Shown: positions 22,912 through 34,909 of the stretch, one piece after another
Layout: every line of letters begins with the position of its first letter
Numbering within the stretch: position 1 is the first letter of the stretch
Assembly: GCA_051294375.1 (NCBI GenBank)
Contig: CM119266.1
Span: 2,196,306-2,260,305 of the forward strand
DNA length: 64,000 nucleotides
Source: Paraspadella gotoi
Taxonomy: Eukaryota; Animalia; Chaetognatha
Direction: 5' to 3'
Notes under the pieces: model-generated
What the model saw: only the letters and a program-made list of their open reading frames with translations
What the model was told of the DNA's origin: nothing
Databases searched by the model: none
Made by a program: the position numbers and the translations under genes

Positions 22912-25278
22912 ATGGCAAAGAAGGACGGTGACTCCGTCTTCACGGACTCGAAAAGTGACGAAAATACCGAATTTTCGGGTGAAGGCCCCGAAATTTCTAT
23001 CAGTGACTCTAAAAATTCCATCGACGGCGCCGAAATTTTCAACGCAGACGCTGAATGTTGCGTCCCACAATCACCTGGGGACGACGCCGGGTGTTCCATC
23101 GAAGTCGCCGCCAACTCATCGGCTAATTCCTTTGAATTCAATTCTAATTTCAATGAAGGGTGTTTTGTTTTTGGTCTCAGCTCTACTACACTCTTTGGGG
23201 GCAATTTCGGCGCCGGTAATATATCAGATACCACCATTCCTTGCGTCAATAAATCTAACGCAACCTCTTCAGAAGCTGGGAGTGCCATTGCATCCAACGT
23301 CAAATCGTCTGATGGAATTGGCGAAAATCAATCGAGAGTTTCCTTTTCAAACGATGAAGAAGATAATAAATCAGAAGATTCCACTTCAGGTTCTGTCGGT
23401 GCCACTGGAATCGGCCCCAACTCTTCTGATGGAGCTAAGTTCGATAAGTTAACTGTCTGCTCCCCGAATGGTGCCTCCTCTGGTGCCTACTCCTCTGATT
23501 GGATTGGCAATCTTAAGAGGGGCGCCACCTTTGCAAAGGGGGTTGCGAGTATTACGGAAGAAGACAACACCTATTCAGATGATATTGTTACTAATAAATC
23601 AAGAATCATCTCTTCAGAAAATATTTTTTGCGAAAAATCTGTTCCCGTATGTGCGAATGAACCAAACACTAAATTGTCTGTTCCTGTTAATTCAAAAAAA
23701 TTAGGCACCACCTTATCACATGACGACAGTGTCAATGAATCAGGCGCCCCCTCTTCAGCTGCAGTTAGCGCCATAAAATTACAAAAAGGTGTTGCTCAGA
23801 CAATCACGACACCAACACTTACAAAACCTCTATGCACTATCACACCGATCGAGGAATCTAACTCCACCAATGCATTACATTCTCGCCCGCCAAGCAGTAG
23901 CGACCTTTCGCCAACAGTTACTTCCCACATGGCCGTTCATTCGCCTAAGAGAGTCTCTTGCGAGAAGTCAACAGCTCAACCAATTCAGAACTCCAAGAGA
24001 TCTTCTCGATCTTTTCGTGGTCGCAGAGGAGCTCGTCATTCAGGCGTTGTTCAAAAACCCAACCAAGGCCAAGCTCAACAATCTCATTCAACAATGCAAA
24101 CCGCCATGGACGATAAAACTGTTGCTGGGAATGTAGAAAAAGTAAAATCTTCCAACAATTTTTCCCAAATTGTCCAGATGGACTTGACAACCGATGAACA
24201 AGAAACCCAAAGGTTCTTGGCCGAAGGCAATGGCAGTTGGGATGAGAAAGATACTGTGATACTGCGCGATTCCGAGCATAGCAAGCAGAAAGTATTTTAC
24301 TGTTCCGTAAGAACCCAAACAGAGGATAGTTCGGTCAGTTCGTATTCGCGCATGAAGGATAAGAAGAATGAAGAAACCGCTAACGAAGAATCTTCGTTGC
24401 ATTTACAATCTTTGGCGGGAGAAAGTGAAACCATCGAAGAAACTGGAAGCATAACGAATGTAGGCAATGATAATTGTGAAGTCGAGACGATGGCGAATAA
24501 AAATGATGCCGATAGGATTTCCAATGAGATCGATGTAGGGGCTAAAAATTTCATCGACTTTCAACGGGAGACAGCAAAGCAATTGGCAGATCTGAAGGAA
24601 GAGACGAGAGAAGTCAAGAAATGGAACGAAAGAATTTTTGATGAGAGAGAAAGACTAACCAGGGAATTGACGGAAAACTCAAATGAGTTAAAAGTTCTGA
24701 GGACGAAAATTATTTCTTCTGAGAAGGAGAACTTGATTAACGAACGGCTTTTTGCCGATCTGTCCCTTGAGAACAAACTGTTGCAGAGAGAAAATGCACA
24801 GGCGAGAGAAATAGTTGAAAACCTGAAAGAAAACAAAACGGATTTAGAGGAAAACTTAAAAATAATGAGAGAAGAAATGGAAAAATCGAAAGAAATGATT
24901 CAAATTATGATGAACTTACAAGAAGAAAACAGTCAATTTAAGACGAAGATAGAGAAACTGCAAGTTTCACTCTCTCAGTCTGATGACAGCATCAAGTCTC
25001 TGCGAGAAGAAAATTCAGAATTGAAGGAATCAATGGCGACATTGCAAGAAGACAAAGCGATGATCCAGATTCGGGTTCAGACATTGCAGGAAGAGTTGTC
25101 TCGATCTGAGGAAACAAATGGGATTTTGATATCGAACAACGCTCAGTCTGATAAACTGGTAAATAGTTTGCAAGAAGAAATACTTCAACTGCGAAACACT
25201 GTAGCGGAATTACAGGGAAGATTGTATCTGGCGGAGTATTTGTACGACTTTAACCGCCGTCTATTCAACTCCAAATAG
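22912..25278 (+). CDS. unknown 788-aa protein: Ser/Thr/Asn-rich disordered N-terminal ~540 aa, TQT motif, C-terminal ~230-aa coiled coil
   Basis: Uninterrupted non-repetitive 2.4-kb ORF in AT-rich flanks; TATAAAA at ~22505; TTTCAG acceptor-like site at ~22863; ATTAAA/AATAAA at 25367-25423; heptad-rich E/K/L/Q C-terminus. Confidence 0.85.
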   Translation: MAKKDGDSVFTDSKSDENTEFSGEGPEISISDSKNSIDGAEIFNADAECCVPQSPGDDAGCSIEVAANSSANSFEFNSNFNEGCFVFGLSSTTLFGGNFGAGNISDTTIPCVNKSNATSSEAGSAIASNVKSSDGIGENQSRVSFSNDEEDNKSEDSTSGSVGATGIGPNSSDGAKFDKLTVCSPNGASSGAYSSDWIGNLKRGATFAKGVASITEEDNTYSDDIVTNKSRIISSENIFCEKSVPVCANEPNTKLSVPVNSKKLGTTLSHDDSVNESGAPSSAAVSAIKLQKGVAQTITTPTLTKPLCTITPIEESNSTNALHSRPPSSSDLSPTVTSHMAVHSPKRVSCEKSTAQPIQNSKRSSRSFRGRRGARHSGVVQKPNQGQAQQSHSTMQTAMDDKTVAGNVEKVKSSNNFSQIVQMDLTTDEQETQRFLAEGNGSWDEKDTVILRDSEHSKQKVFYCSVRTQTEDSSVSSYSRMKDKKNEETANEESSLHLQSLAGESETIEETGSITNVGNDNCEVETMANKNDADRISNEIDVGAKNFIDFQRETAKQLADLKEETREVKKWNERIFDERERLTRELTENSNELKVLRTKIISSEKENLINERLFADLSLENKLLQRENAQAREIVENLKENKTDLEENLKIMREEMEKSKEMIQIMMNLQEENSQFKTKIEKLQVSLSQSDDSIKSLREENSELKESMATLQEDKAMIQIRVQTLQEELSRSEETNGILISNNAQSDKLVNSLQEEILQLRNTVAELQGRLYLAEYLYDFNRRLFNSK

Positions 25279-26220
25279 CGCCGTTCGAGTGTTGTATTAT
25301 ATGGTAATTAATGGTAATTAATAATTATGTCGTTTAAACATTATATGTAAAAATTGAAGTTTATCATTAAAGAAATATTAAAGAAAGTAAAAATTTTCCT
25401 AAAGTGTTTTATTTGAAAATAAAACAAAAAACGGGAAATAAAAAGTGAAGCAGATATGTATTAATTAAAAAAAAAAAATTAACAAAAAGCTAGAATCTTT
25501 ATGAAAAAAGAGGCGAAACTTTAAAGCTAGTCAAATCTTAAACCGTTCCTCTAATTCACAATATATCCAGATGACGAATCCATTTGGAGCCACTCTCTCC
25601 TCAGTCCTCCCTCCCTCCTGTTCGTAATTCCACCTCGTAACGACCACCCCTACCCTTTTCCCTCCCACCTGAAACCACCCGCCACTTTCCTTCTTTCCAC
25701 CCCAACTCATTGTCCCAGGCGCTTCGTCCTAATCGAGGCACGTGGAAACCTTAATAGCTTCGGGTCCCATCGCCCCGACGAGTCGTTTCAGAAAACCCTC
25801 TCTCTCTCTCTCTCTCTCGTCTCCTGACTCGTGTTCTCTCGTGTCGAGTCTCCTCTTCCCGTCTCTCCTCTCTCTCTCTCTCGTCTCTCTCTCTCTCTCT
25901 CTCTTCTCTCTCTTTTTCTCTCTCTCTCTCCGACCGCGACAACCGCCTATTGGATGGAACAAATACAATAACACGAAAGAATTTAGGAACTGCCAACGCG
26001 GGCATTTTGCCAGACGGGCACCTCCTGATCGGGGCCATTAGATCCGATGACAGCCCCCTCCCCTTTTCAAAAGGTAATGTCTCTCTCTCTCTCTCCTCTC
26101 TCTCTCTCCAATGGCGAAGAGGTGAATAATGGGGGAGAAGTTTTTGCTTTAGGTGAGAAAGGGATTGTTGTCGCTCGGATTGAGAGGCAATGAGGGAAAT
26201 TCTCTCTTTCTTCTCTCTCT

Positions 26221-26262
<42 letters not shown>

Positions 26263-26746
26263 TTGTCTCGGTTTTTCCCTTTTCTCCTTTTAAATGTATT
26301 CCTTTTCTCTTTTTAATTATGCACTAAAACTAGGCGCGTCTCTTTACAGGAGCAAGAAATTACCAGGATATTTAAAAAAAATAAGAGTTTGATTGGAAAC
26401 ATTGTAAGGATTGTGACTTTTTCGTCGTACATTTATTTATTCGGAGAAACTCTTAGCATTTCCTATCCTGTAGTGACACAATCAATCTTTCAATTACCAC
26501 AAATATTAACTTCCCCTCCAACCCCAGATTTTTTGCCATCCGTACCATAATTTCTGCCACCCTCGTTTTGCCATAACTTATGCCAGAAGGCGTCCGTCTC
26601 TCGTTAATTAAGTTTCGTAGTTAAAATCCCGTTTGAGGGAAGAGGAGGAGGAGGAGGAGGAGGAGGAGGACGAAGACAAAAGGGACTCGCCTCTTCTCAA
26701 TTCTCTCTTATTTGCTCTCTTTTCTCTCTCTCTCTCTCTCTCATCT

Positions 26747-26795
<49 letters not shown>

Positions 26796-28481
26796 CTCTC
26801 GTCGTCTTCCGCCCGCTTCTTTGCCCATAAAAAAGAATAATCTTGTAGTGACTCAGTCTGTCTCTCTCTCTCTCTCATCTCCTCTCGTCTTCATCTCTGT
26901 TCTCTTAATCAACCACTCAAGCCATAATTTTTGTCAACAACATAATGATATATCCCATTTTGCCCGTTCGCATCGCCGCCATTTCTGACGCTCTTTTGCC
27001 CGACGTCCCGCTTTACCCGCCCTTTTTTCGTTCTACCTGCCTTTTCCCCAAGCCTCTCTAGCCTTAAACCCAATTGCTCCTCTGCCCATTCATTTTAACC
27101 TTACCCATTCACGCCTCTCGCTACCATGTTCATAATCTGGCCAGAGTTCTTTTCCCGGAATTAGTGATTTACGTCGCTCAGCTATAATATTCCTCCTCCC
27201 CTCTCAACCCCTACCTTCCTATCTCTCTCTCCCCTCCTTCTCTCCCTCTCCTTTCTCCTCTCCCCTCCTCCTCTCCCCCTTCTTTCCTCCCCCGCTCTCC
27301 CCCATTCCTATCTCGTCGCTAAAGAGATTTTCTCTCTTTGGATCTTTTCTTGTTTTATTCTCTCGCGCATCGTGTTGAATGAGAGAACGGGAGAACGAAT
27401 TGACGAGTAAACGGGAGAACGAAATAAACCTTGAAGAATATAAAAGGAAAAACGGGAGGAAACGGGAGAATAAAAAAACTAATCAAAAACTAAAATAAAA
27501 AGCGAGAATGAGAAAATTGAATAACGATAGTATTTAACGAAAAAAATGGGAGAATCTAGGAAATTGGGAGAACGCGAAAACTATAGAATTATAAGGGAAA
27601 TAAACAATCAATTTCACAATTCCAAAATTCTGCTCTTCAATGCGGAGTTTTTTGTTCGTGAATCAGTGAAAAGAAATCCCAATGCGGAAATGATATTCAC
27701 GCCGACGATGACTCCTTCACCCTAATTACTGCTTCTCCTTTCACTCCACCCATCACCCTCACCACTGCTCCACCTTTAACTCCAGCGACCCACTTATTCC
27801 CTTCTTAACCCATAAAACGTGTCCAAGGGGGTCCTTTAGCGGCTTAAAACCACCACATATCTCAATGAACTTCCCGACCTCCACTCCCTCGCACCTTAAT
27901 GTCTCATTGCACTGACATCTTCTTAACCCTTTCGTCTCTATGACTACCGAACGCGCTTTTTGTTTATTTGCTATCATTCTCAGTCTTACGGTTGAAAATT
28001 ATTATTAAATATATGCAACCAATATGAATTTATATTTTCTATTAACGAATAAGTTATCTTCCTACTGACGTTTTGCAAGCTATGGTGGGTTATGGCCTAT
28101 ATCCCTCCTACAAGATAATTACATAGCTCTCTCAGTCTAATTATTATCTACGCTTTCCAAGGACCTGTTCTGTTTTAGATCTGCCGATTTGAGCTAAATC
28201 TTCATAGTGGAAATAAATCTCGAAAGTAAAATTCCGAAAACGATGTATTTATAGAAACACAAATGATGAATTTCATATGTATATTTGGAACCAGTGAAAA
28301 TTTAGGCTGCTGACGGCCTTAATAAAATTGTTTCAGTTTTTCTTTATCCAGGCTAATATTTTATTTTTGACGCTCATTTCAAAGAGATTTCTTTGCCTCT
28401 TCCTGACCCTCTCTGCTTTAGTGCTTCGACTCTCTTTTTTTTACTCCTTAACTTCTGTAATGAGTTCGTTTTTACTCCTTT

Positions 28482-28690
28482 ATCTATTTCTACTCCTATC
28501 TTCAGTCTTTCTCTACTCCTCTTCTTACTCTTAACCTTCATCTATTTCTGCTCCTATCTTCAGTCTTTCTCTACTCCTCTTCTTACTCTTAACCTTCATC
28601 TATTTCTGCTCCTATCTTCAGTCTTTTTCTACTCCTCTTATTACTCTTAACCTTCATCTATTTCTGCTCCTATCTTCAGTCTTTCTCTTC
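28482..28690. repeat. 58-bp minisatellite, ~3.5 copies
   Basis: atctatttctgctcctatcttcagtc... recurs at 28482, 28540, 28598 and 28656. Confidence 0.9.
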
Positions 28691-29023
28691 TTCTCTTCTT
28701 AACCTATCTCTGACCCTTCTTTCCCTCTCATACTTTTCCCTCATTCTCGCTCTCTCCCCCCCGCGGTGAATGCCCTCGCCTCCGAAAACTCACGACGTCT
28801 CACGTTTCGGGCCTTTCCGTCGCCTGCCCAACCCCCCGCTTCAAGTCCCCCCCTAAGCCGCTCCCGCTAAGGCCTCTCCATAAAGGCCTCTTCATGAGGC
28901 CTCCCCATGAGGCCCCCGCTGGCTAATCTCGAGCCTTCCCTTAACCCGAGCATCATCAGCTAATTTTGTTTTATGATGACAAAAACCAATCAACTTATTA
29001 TTCTCGGCGCGAGTTCTCAACCC

Positions 29024-29068
<45 letters not shown>

Positions 29069-29524
29069 CTCTTCTCTCTCTTCCTCTCTTCTCAAATCGC
29101 CAACGGGGGTAGCGATGATTCGTTATTTGTCACGCGTTGTCTTAATCATCGCGGCTGTCGGAGTTATCATTATCATAATCAGCTACATAAGTATTATAAT
29201 CATCACTATCATGATAAATATCATCGACTCTCCTCATTTTCACCTTTTAAACTCCGCTCTCTCTCATCCCCCCTCCTCTCTCTCTCCCTTCCTCCCTCTC
29301 CCGCGCTTCCATCTCCCTCTCCCTCTCTCTCTCCTTCCCTTCTCCTCCCCCCCCTTCCTCCCTTTCCTCCCGAGACCCGACGCTTCCATTTAAACTTTGA
29401 TTCCGCGACGGAGTCGTTGTCTCGATCGCTCTTCTCTGATTGGTCGATCTTCCACGATGAGTCGTCCTTTCATTGGTCGATTGACTATTTGTGGACGACG
29501 TTAGTAAGTGAGACATTAAAGTGA

Positions 29525-29955
29525 ATCGTCATCGTTATCGTCGTCGTCATAAGTGTCGTTGTCATCGTCATTTAAGTTTATGGACATCATAGTCATTCTT
29601 GTCTTTGTCTTTGTCGTCAGGACTTCATATCCGTTATCAACTTTCTTAACGTCATCGCAGTCCTTTTCATCGTCATCATCTTTGTCCACATCTTCGCTAT
29701 CGTCGTCTTTTTCGTCATCGTCATCGTCGTCTGAGTTATCTTTTATCTTTTACAGCATTGTTATCTTTTATCATTTTCATCCTGATCATCGTCGTTGTAA
29801 TCATTTTCGTCGTCCTAATTGTCGTCATCATCGTCTTCGTCGTCATCATCATTATCATCGTCATCGACGTGATCTTTGTCATTGTCGTCGTACTCATCGT
29901 TGTCATCGTCATCATCGTCGTTATCGTCGTCATCGTCGTCATCTTCGTCGTCACG
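29525..29955. repeat. degenerate (ATC/GTC)n trinucleotide low-complexity tract
   Basis: Asp-rich minus frame is interrupted by stops. Confidence 0.8.
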
Positions 29956-32900
29956 GTCGTGATCCTTTTCTCGCGCTCGACTTTTTTTGGCTCCGCAGTC
30001 GGGATTTTTGGGGTTCACCGCGAGTCAGTCGAGTCACGGTTCACGAGGAGTTTCTCACTCACGGTGAAGTTCGAATTATCGGTGAAAACATGGGACCGAT
30101 AATGATTGAAATGTTGATTGGCTAATGACTTTAGTGATTGCTAAATTAGTTTGAATGATTGGCCTGAATGATTGACAAATGGGTAGGTCGTTTGATTGAT
30201 TAGTCTAGATGATTCGAATGACGAGTTAGTTGATTAACTCGTTTGCTACTCTTTCATTAACTTATTCTCTTTCATTAACTTATTCCCTTTTTTTAAATTT
30301 TTTTTTCTGTTAATTACTTTTTATTTATTTTCCACATTTCTCCCTTTTAATTCCTTTTTCAATCTTCCTCATTTCAAACTCAGATCCTCGTTTCTCTTTT
30401 CCCTTCTAATCAGCATCGACAATTCCCGCCCACTTCTTCTTCCTTCATCCTACTCTTATTCTTCTCCGCTACTTCCTCTACTCCTCTTCTCTCCTCCTCC
30501 TCCTCCTCTTCCTCCTCTCTTCCTCCTCCCCCGTCGCGGTCGATGATGTCCATTTAGCGACGACCAAGTTTTCCGATCTTCATCGAGAGAAATCCCCGGC
30601 GAGAGGTGAGGGTCCCCGCTGGGGACGTCCCCTCGGGATTTGTCAGAGAGAGAGAGAGAGCAAGGCAGAGAGAAGAGAGAGAAGAGAGAGAGAAGACGAG
30701 AGAGAGAGCAGAGAGAGAGATTAAGGAATTCTCCAAAAGTAGAGAGTCGGTGTTGAGTCAAAAATAATATAAATATGGAAAGGAATGGGAGAACTAAACG
30801 TAGTTTAAGAAAAGGGGAAAGAGAGAGAGAGAGAGAGAGAGAGACGAAAGAGAGAGGAGAAGAGAGATAGGAAGAGAGAGGAGGAGAGAAGAGAAGAGAA
30901 GAGGGAAAGAAATAAAGAGAGAAGAGAAATTGAGAAAGAGGGAAGAGAGGGAAAAAGAAGGAGAAGAAAAAGAGAATTAGGGGGCAAGTGGAAACTCGAG
31001 TCGTAAAAACGAAATCGATAGTTCTAGATGGATCCCCCCAACCTTCATGCCATCACCCTCGCCACTCTTCCACCTCGCCACCGTTTGGCACCCCCGTCTT
31101 ACAACATCCCCCTCCACAAACCCAACCGCCTTCCACCCGCGGTTTTTTGCCCCGAAACCCGGGGCCTACAACAAACAAACAGACCCGGGCCGCCCCAATG
31201 CATGTCTGATTGAAGAACTGTCTACTGGCTTCGCGTTTTTCGCTGCACTTACTGCCTTTTTCTTCTATTCTTCGGCGAAGGGAAACATATACAAATCCTT
31301 TGGGACGACTGCGGCTTCATCCTGTTGGTCGTCGTCGTCGTCGTCGTCTTCGCTCGTCCATTTTCTAAATGGTCCCTAACGCTCGTTAGCTTGACTAAAT
31401 CTACGACGACTGAAATGGCATTCCATTATAATAACGATCATGAAAGATCATCCGAATGTCTCGTCTGTCTTCTCGTCTTTGGAAATCGTTCTCGTCTCAG
31501 TGTCTCTCTCTCTCTTCTCTTTCTCTCTACTCTCTCTCCTAAAAATTTCGCGTTTCAGCGGAATTGTTGACAATAAATCGACGAGACTGCATTTATGTGC
31601 CTGCAGTTTGAAATATTTAAACCTTTAGTTTTTATCCCATGCAAATAAAAAAAATAATTCAGGAAATAGTTTTATACAATTTTCTCTCCTTCTTTTAAAA
31701 GCACTCTTCAATAGGGTCATTTTTTCGAACCTACCTCTATTCAATTCCCGTTGTTTGTTTTGAATGATGACTAAATGTCAAAACTTCTGAAATCAACCAG
31801 CACGCTCTCCTCTCTCTCTCCCTCCTCTCTCTCTCTCGCATCCCTCTCTCTCTCCTCTCCCTCCGCTTCTCTCTTCTCTCTCTCTCTCTCCATCTCTCTC
31901 AGTCTCTCTCCTCCCATCTCTTTGTCTCTCTAACTAATCCTCCTTTCGATGGCCCACTCTCCAACCGTGGCCACTGTTTGTTTGCTTTATCTCTCAAAAT
32001 AAACATGGAATGATAAAACAAAACGTACGTCGACTCTTTTCGAACGCGCGGAATCCGCCATGACAACGCGTGATTATGTCCGATCGCTACGGAAACAAAA
32101 GGCGCTTCGCATCGGTAGACGCCACGCGGGTTTCGTTGCGGGGGGAGTCGAGCTTAGGATCGGGGCGGACGCGGGGGGGCTGGGCACGACTGATAGTCAC
32201 TTCTAATGAAAGGATCGATGAGGACGGAGAGTTGAGAACGATGCAGCCGAGGGTTCCTTCAAAATTGGGTTCAACCGTTGGCTGACATTTTTGAAAATAT
32301 ATTTTAAAGTAACTTACCAATATTTAAAGATTAGTATTAAAAAAGTTTATAAAATCAGTAAGCAGGAATTCTCATTGATTCTCATTTTTTTCTCATCTCG
32401 AGTAAATCGTAAGTTTCGTAAGACTATTCGTAAGGCTAAATTTAAAATATATGTCTATGAGTCTATAAGAATATCTTTATTTATTACTGAAAGGACCCTG
32501 CTGTATTATCTTCTGTATTTATGTATTATTAGAGCTATTGGTTCATTCTAAACGTCCATTAAGGAGCATTTTTCTGATGAATGAATTGTTCGTCCAGAAA
32601 AAGTTTAGTTGAGAATTTTCTAAAACGCGAATTATAAAATGGCGCCGCCCATCCGTGAGAATTTGGAGAGAACAATGGAACGAATCTAAAGGTGGGCGGT
32701 GGGGGGAAAGAGGGGAGNNNNNNNNNNNNNNNNNNNNNNNNNNNNNNNNNNNNNNNNNNNNNNNNNNNNNNNNNNNNNNNNNNNNNNNNNNNNNNNNNNN
32801 NNNNNNNNNNNNNNNNNNNNNNNNNNNNNNNNNNNNNNNNNNNNNNNNNNNNNNNNNNNNNNNNNNNNNNNNNNNNNNNNNNNNNNNNNNNNNNNNNNNN

Positions 32901-33762
32901 NNNNNNNNNNNNNNNNNNNNNNNNNNNNNNNNNNNNNNNNNNNNNNNNNNNNNNNNNNNNNNNNNNNNNNNNNNNNNNNNNNNNNNNNCCGCTGTCATTG
33001 TCCGATTGCCCTCTCACCCGTTTTAACTCTTCCATCTTCCTCACACTCCTCACCCTTTTCGCTTACTTTCTTTCTTCCTCCCTTTTCCTCCCTTCCTCCC
33101 TCTTCTTCCCTTCCTCCCTTTTTCTCCCTTCCTCCCTTTCCCTCCCTTTCTCCCTTCCTTCCACTCTCTGCCTTCCTCCCTCTGCCCTAGGGTCGAGCGC
33201 CGATTAAATTATCAACGAATGAGGAAGCGAATTTTCGTCGTCGTCGTCGTCGTTATAAGGAAAAGGGAAAAATCATTGAGTTCACACACGAATCAACTGG
33301 TTAGGTACTAGGGCCCTTTGACCTCATCAACGCGATGTATCGAGCCCTTTGATTGCACGTAGTGTGGAGACACGAAGTATTTGTATCGCTGAGCTCTATT
33401 TTTTCAAATCCTTTGGGAAGTAATCTGGTCTGTTGAGAACACATTGCAACCATTTGCAATATCTAGAAGTTGTTGGAACGATTGATTTCATCAACGCATT
33501 TGTATTTTTTTAAAGGATATATATTTATATATGTATATATCTACTATGGAAAATAATCTAAATAAAATTTCATATAAATATAAAAGTTAATAATATTTAT
33601 TGCAAGGGTGGAAGGGTTAAAGAGAGAGAGAGAGANNNNNNNNNNNNNNNNNNNNNNNNNNNNNNNNNNNNNNNNNNNNNNNNNNNNNNNNNNNNNNNNN
33701 NNNNNNNNNNNNNNNNNNNNNNNNNNNNNNNNNNNNNNNNNNNNNNNNNNNNNNNNNNNNNN

Positions 33763-33796
<34 letters not shown>

Positions 33797-34299
33797 TTCC
33801 ATCGAAATAAGCCGAAGGTGAAAAACGTTTATGGGCGCAAATGTTTATCAAAGGTCGAGAGATAGAGAGAGAAATATGAGGCGGAAAAAACCTCATGAAA
33901 AATATGGGGCAAGAAGGTGCTAACAAAGATGGGGAAGCAAGCAGATGGGGATGCAAGCAGAAGAAAGCTATGCGCAAAAAAATTCGGGGCAGTTAGCTGT
34001 TGCCAAAATATGCGGGATAGATAATCTTTTTTGAAGAGAATAGGATTTATATTTCGATTAGGTTCGTTCCCGATTTTTAGACTTTTATCTCGTTTAGATT
34101 TTGATTAGATTTAGATTTCTATTTAAATTAGATTGGATAGGATTAGATTAGATTAGATTAGATTAGATTAGATTAGATTAGATTAGATTAGATTAGATTT
34201 AGATTTTAATTTATATGCAAATTTTGATTTAGATTAGATAATATTTTGATTCAGATTTTTATATAGATAATTATCGTCCAAATCGTCCCTACGTCTTGC

Positions 34300-34540
34300 T
34301 GGTCGTCATGAAAATTGTCATCATTACGGTTTTCACCTTTATCATCACCATCATCAATGTCATCGCCATCATCACAATCACCCTTATCATCTTCAACATC
34401 ATCATTAGCATCATCCTTATCGTCTTCAACATCATCTTCAACATCGTCATCAGCATCTTCCTTATCATTATCAACATCATCATCACCATTATTCTCATCA
34501 TCTTCAACATCATCATCAGCATCATTCTTATCATCTTCTT
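34300..34540. repeat. 33-bp-period ATC-rich minisatellite (poly-Asp on the minus strand)
   Basis: Unit ~gatgatgttgaagatgataaggatgatgctaat on the minus strand; preceded by (ATTAG)n at 34140-34198. Confidence 0.7.
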
Positions 34541-34874
34541 TTTGAGGCATTTAAAAAAAGACTCCCAACCGACTGAAGGCAGTTATCTCGCGATTTTTTC
34601 GTCCGACTGGATTCTGCGTCAACTGNNNNNNNNNNNNNNNNNNNNNNNNNNNNNNNNNNNNNNNNNNNNNNNNNNNNNNNNNNNNNNNNNNNNNNNNNNN
34701 NNNNNNNNNNNNNNNNNNNNNNNNNNNNNNNNNNNNNNNNNNNNNNNNNNNNNNNNNNNNNNNNNNNNNNNNNNNNNNNNNNNNNNNNNNNNNNNNNNNN
34801 NNNNNNNNNNNNNNNNNNNNNNNNNNNNNNNNNNNNNNNNNNNNNNNNNNNNNNNNNNNNNNNNNNNNNNNNNN

Positions 34875-34909
<35 letters not shown>

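Noticed and set aside
31264-31364. Possible terminal exon RKWTSEDDDDDDQQDEAAVVPKDLYMFPFAEE* on the minus strand
   Set aside because: Partly microsatellite-derived, and no compatible upstream exon was identified.
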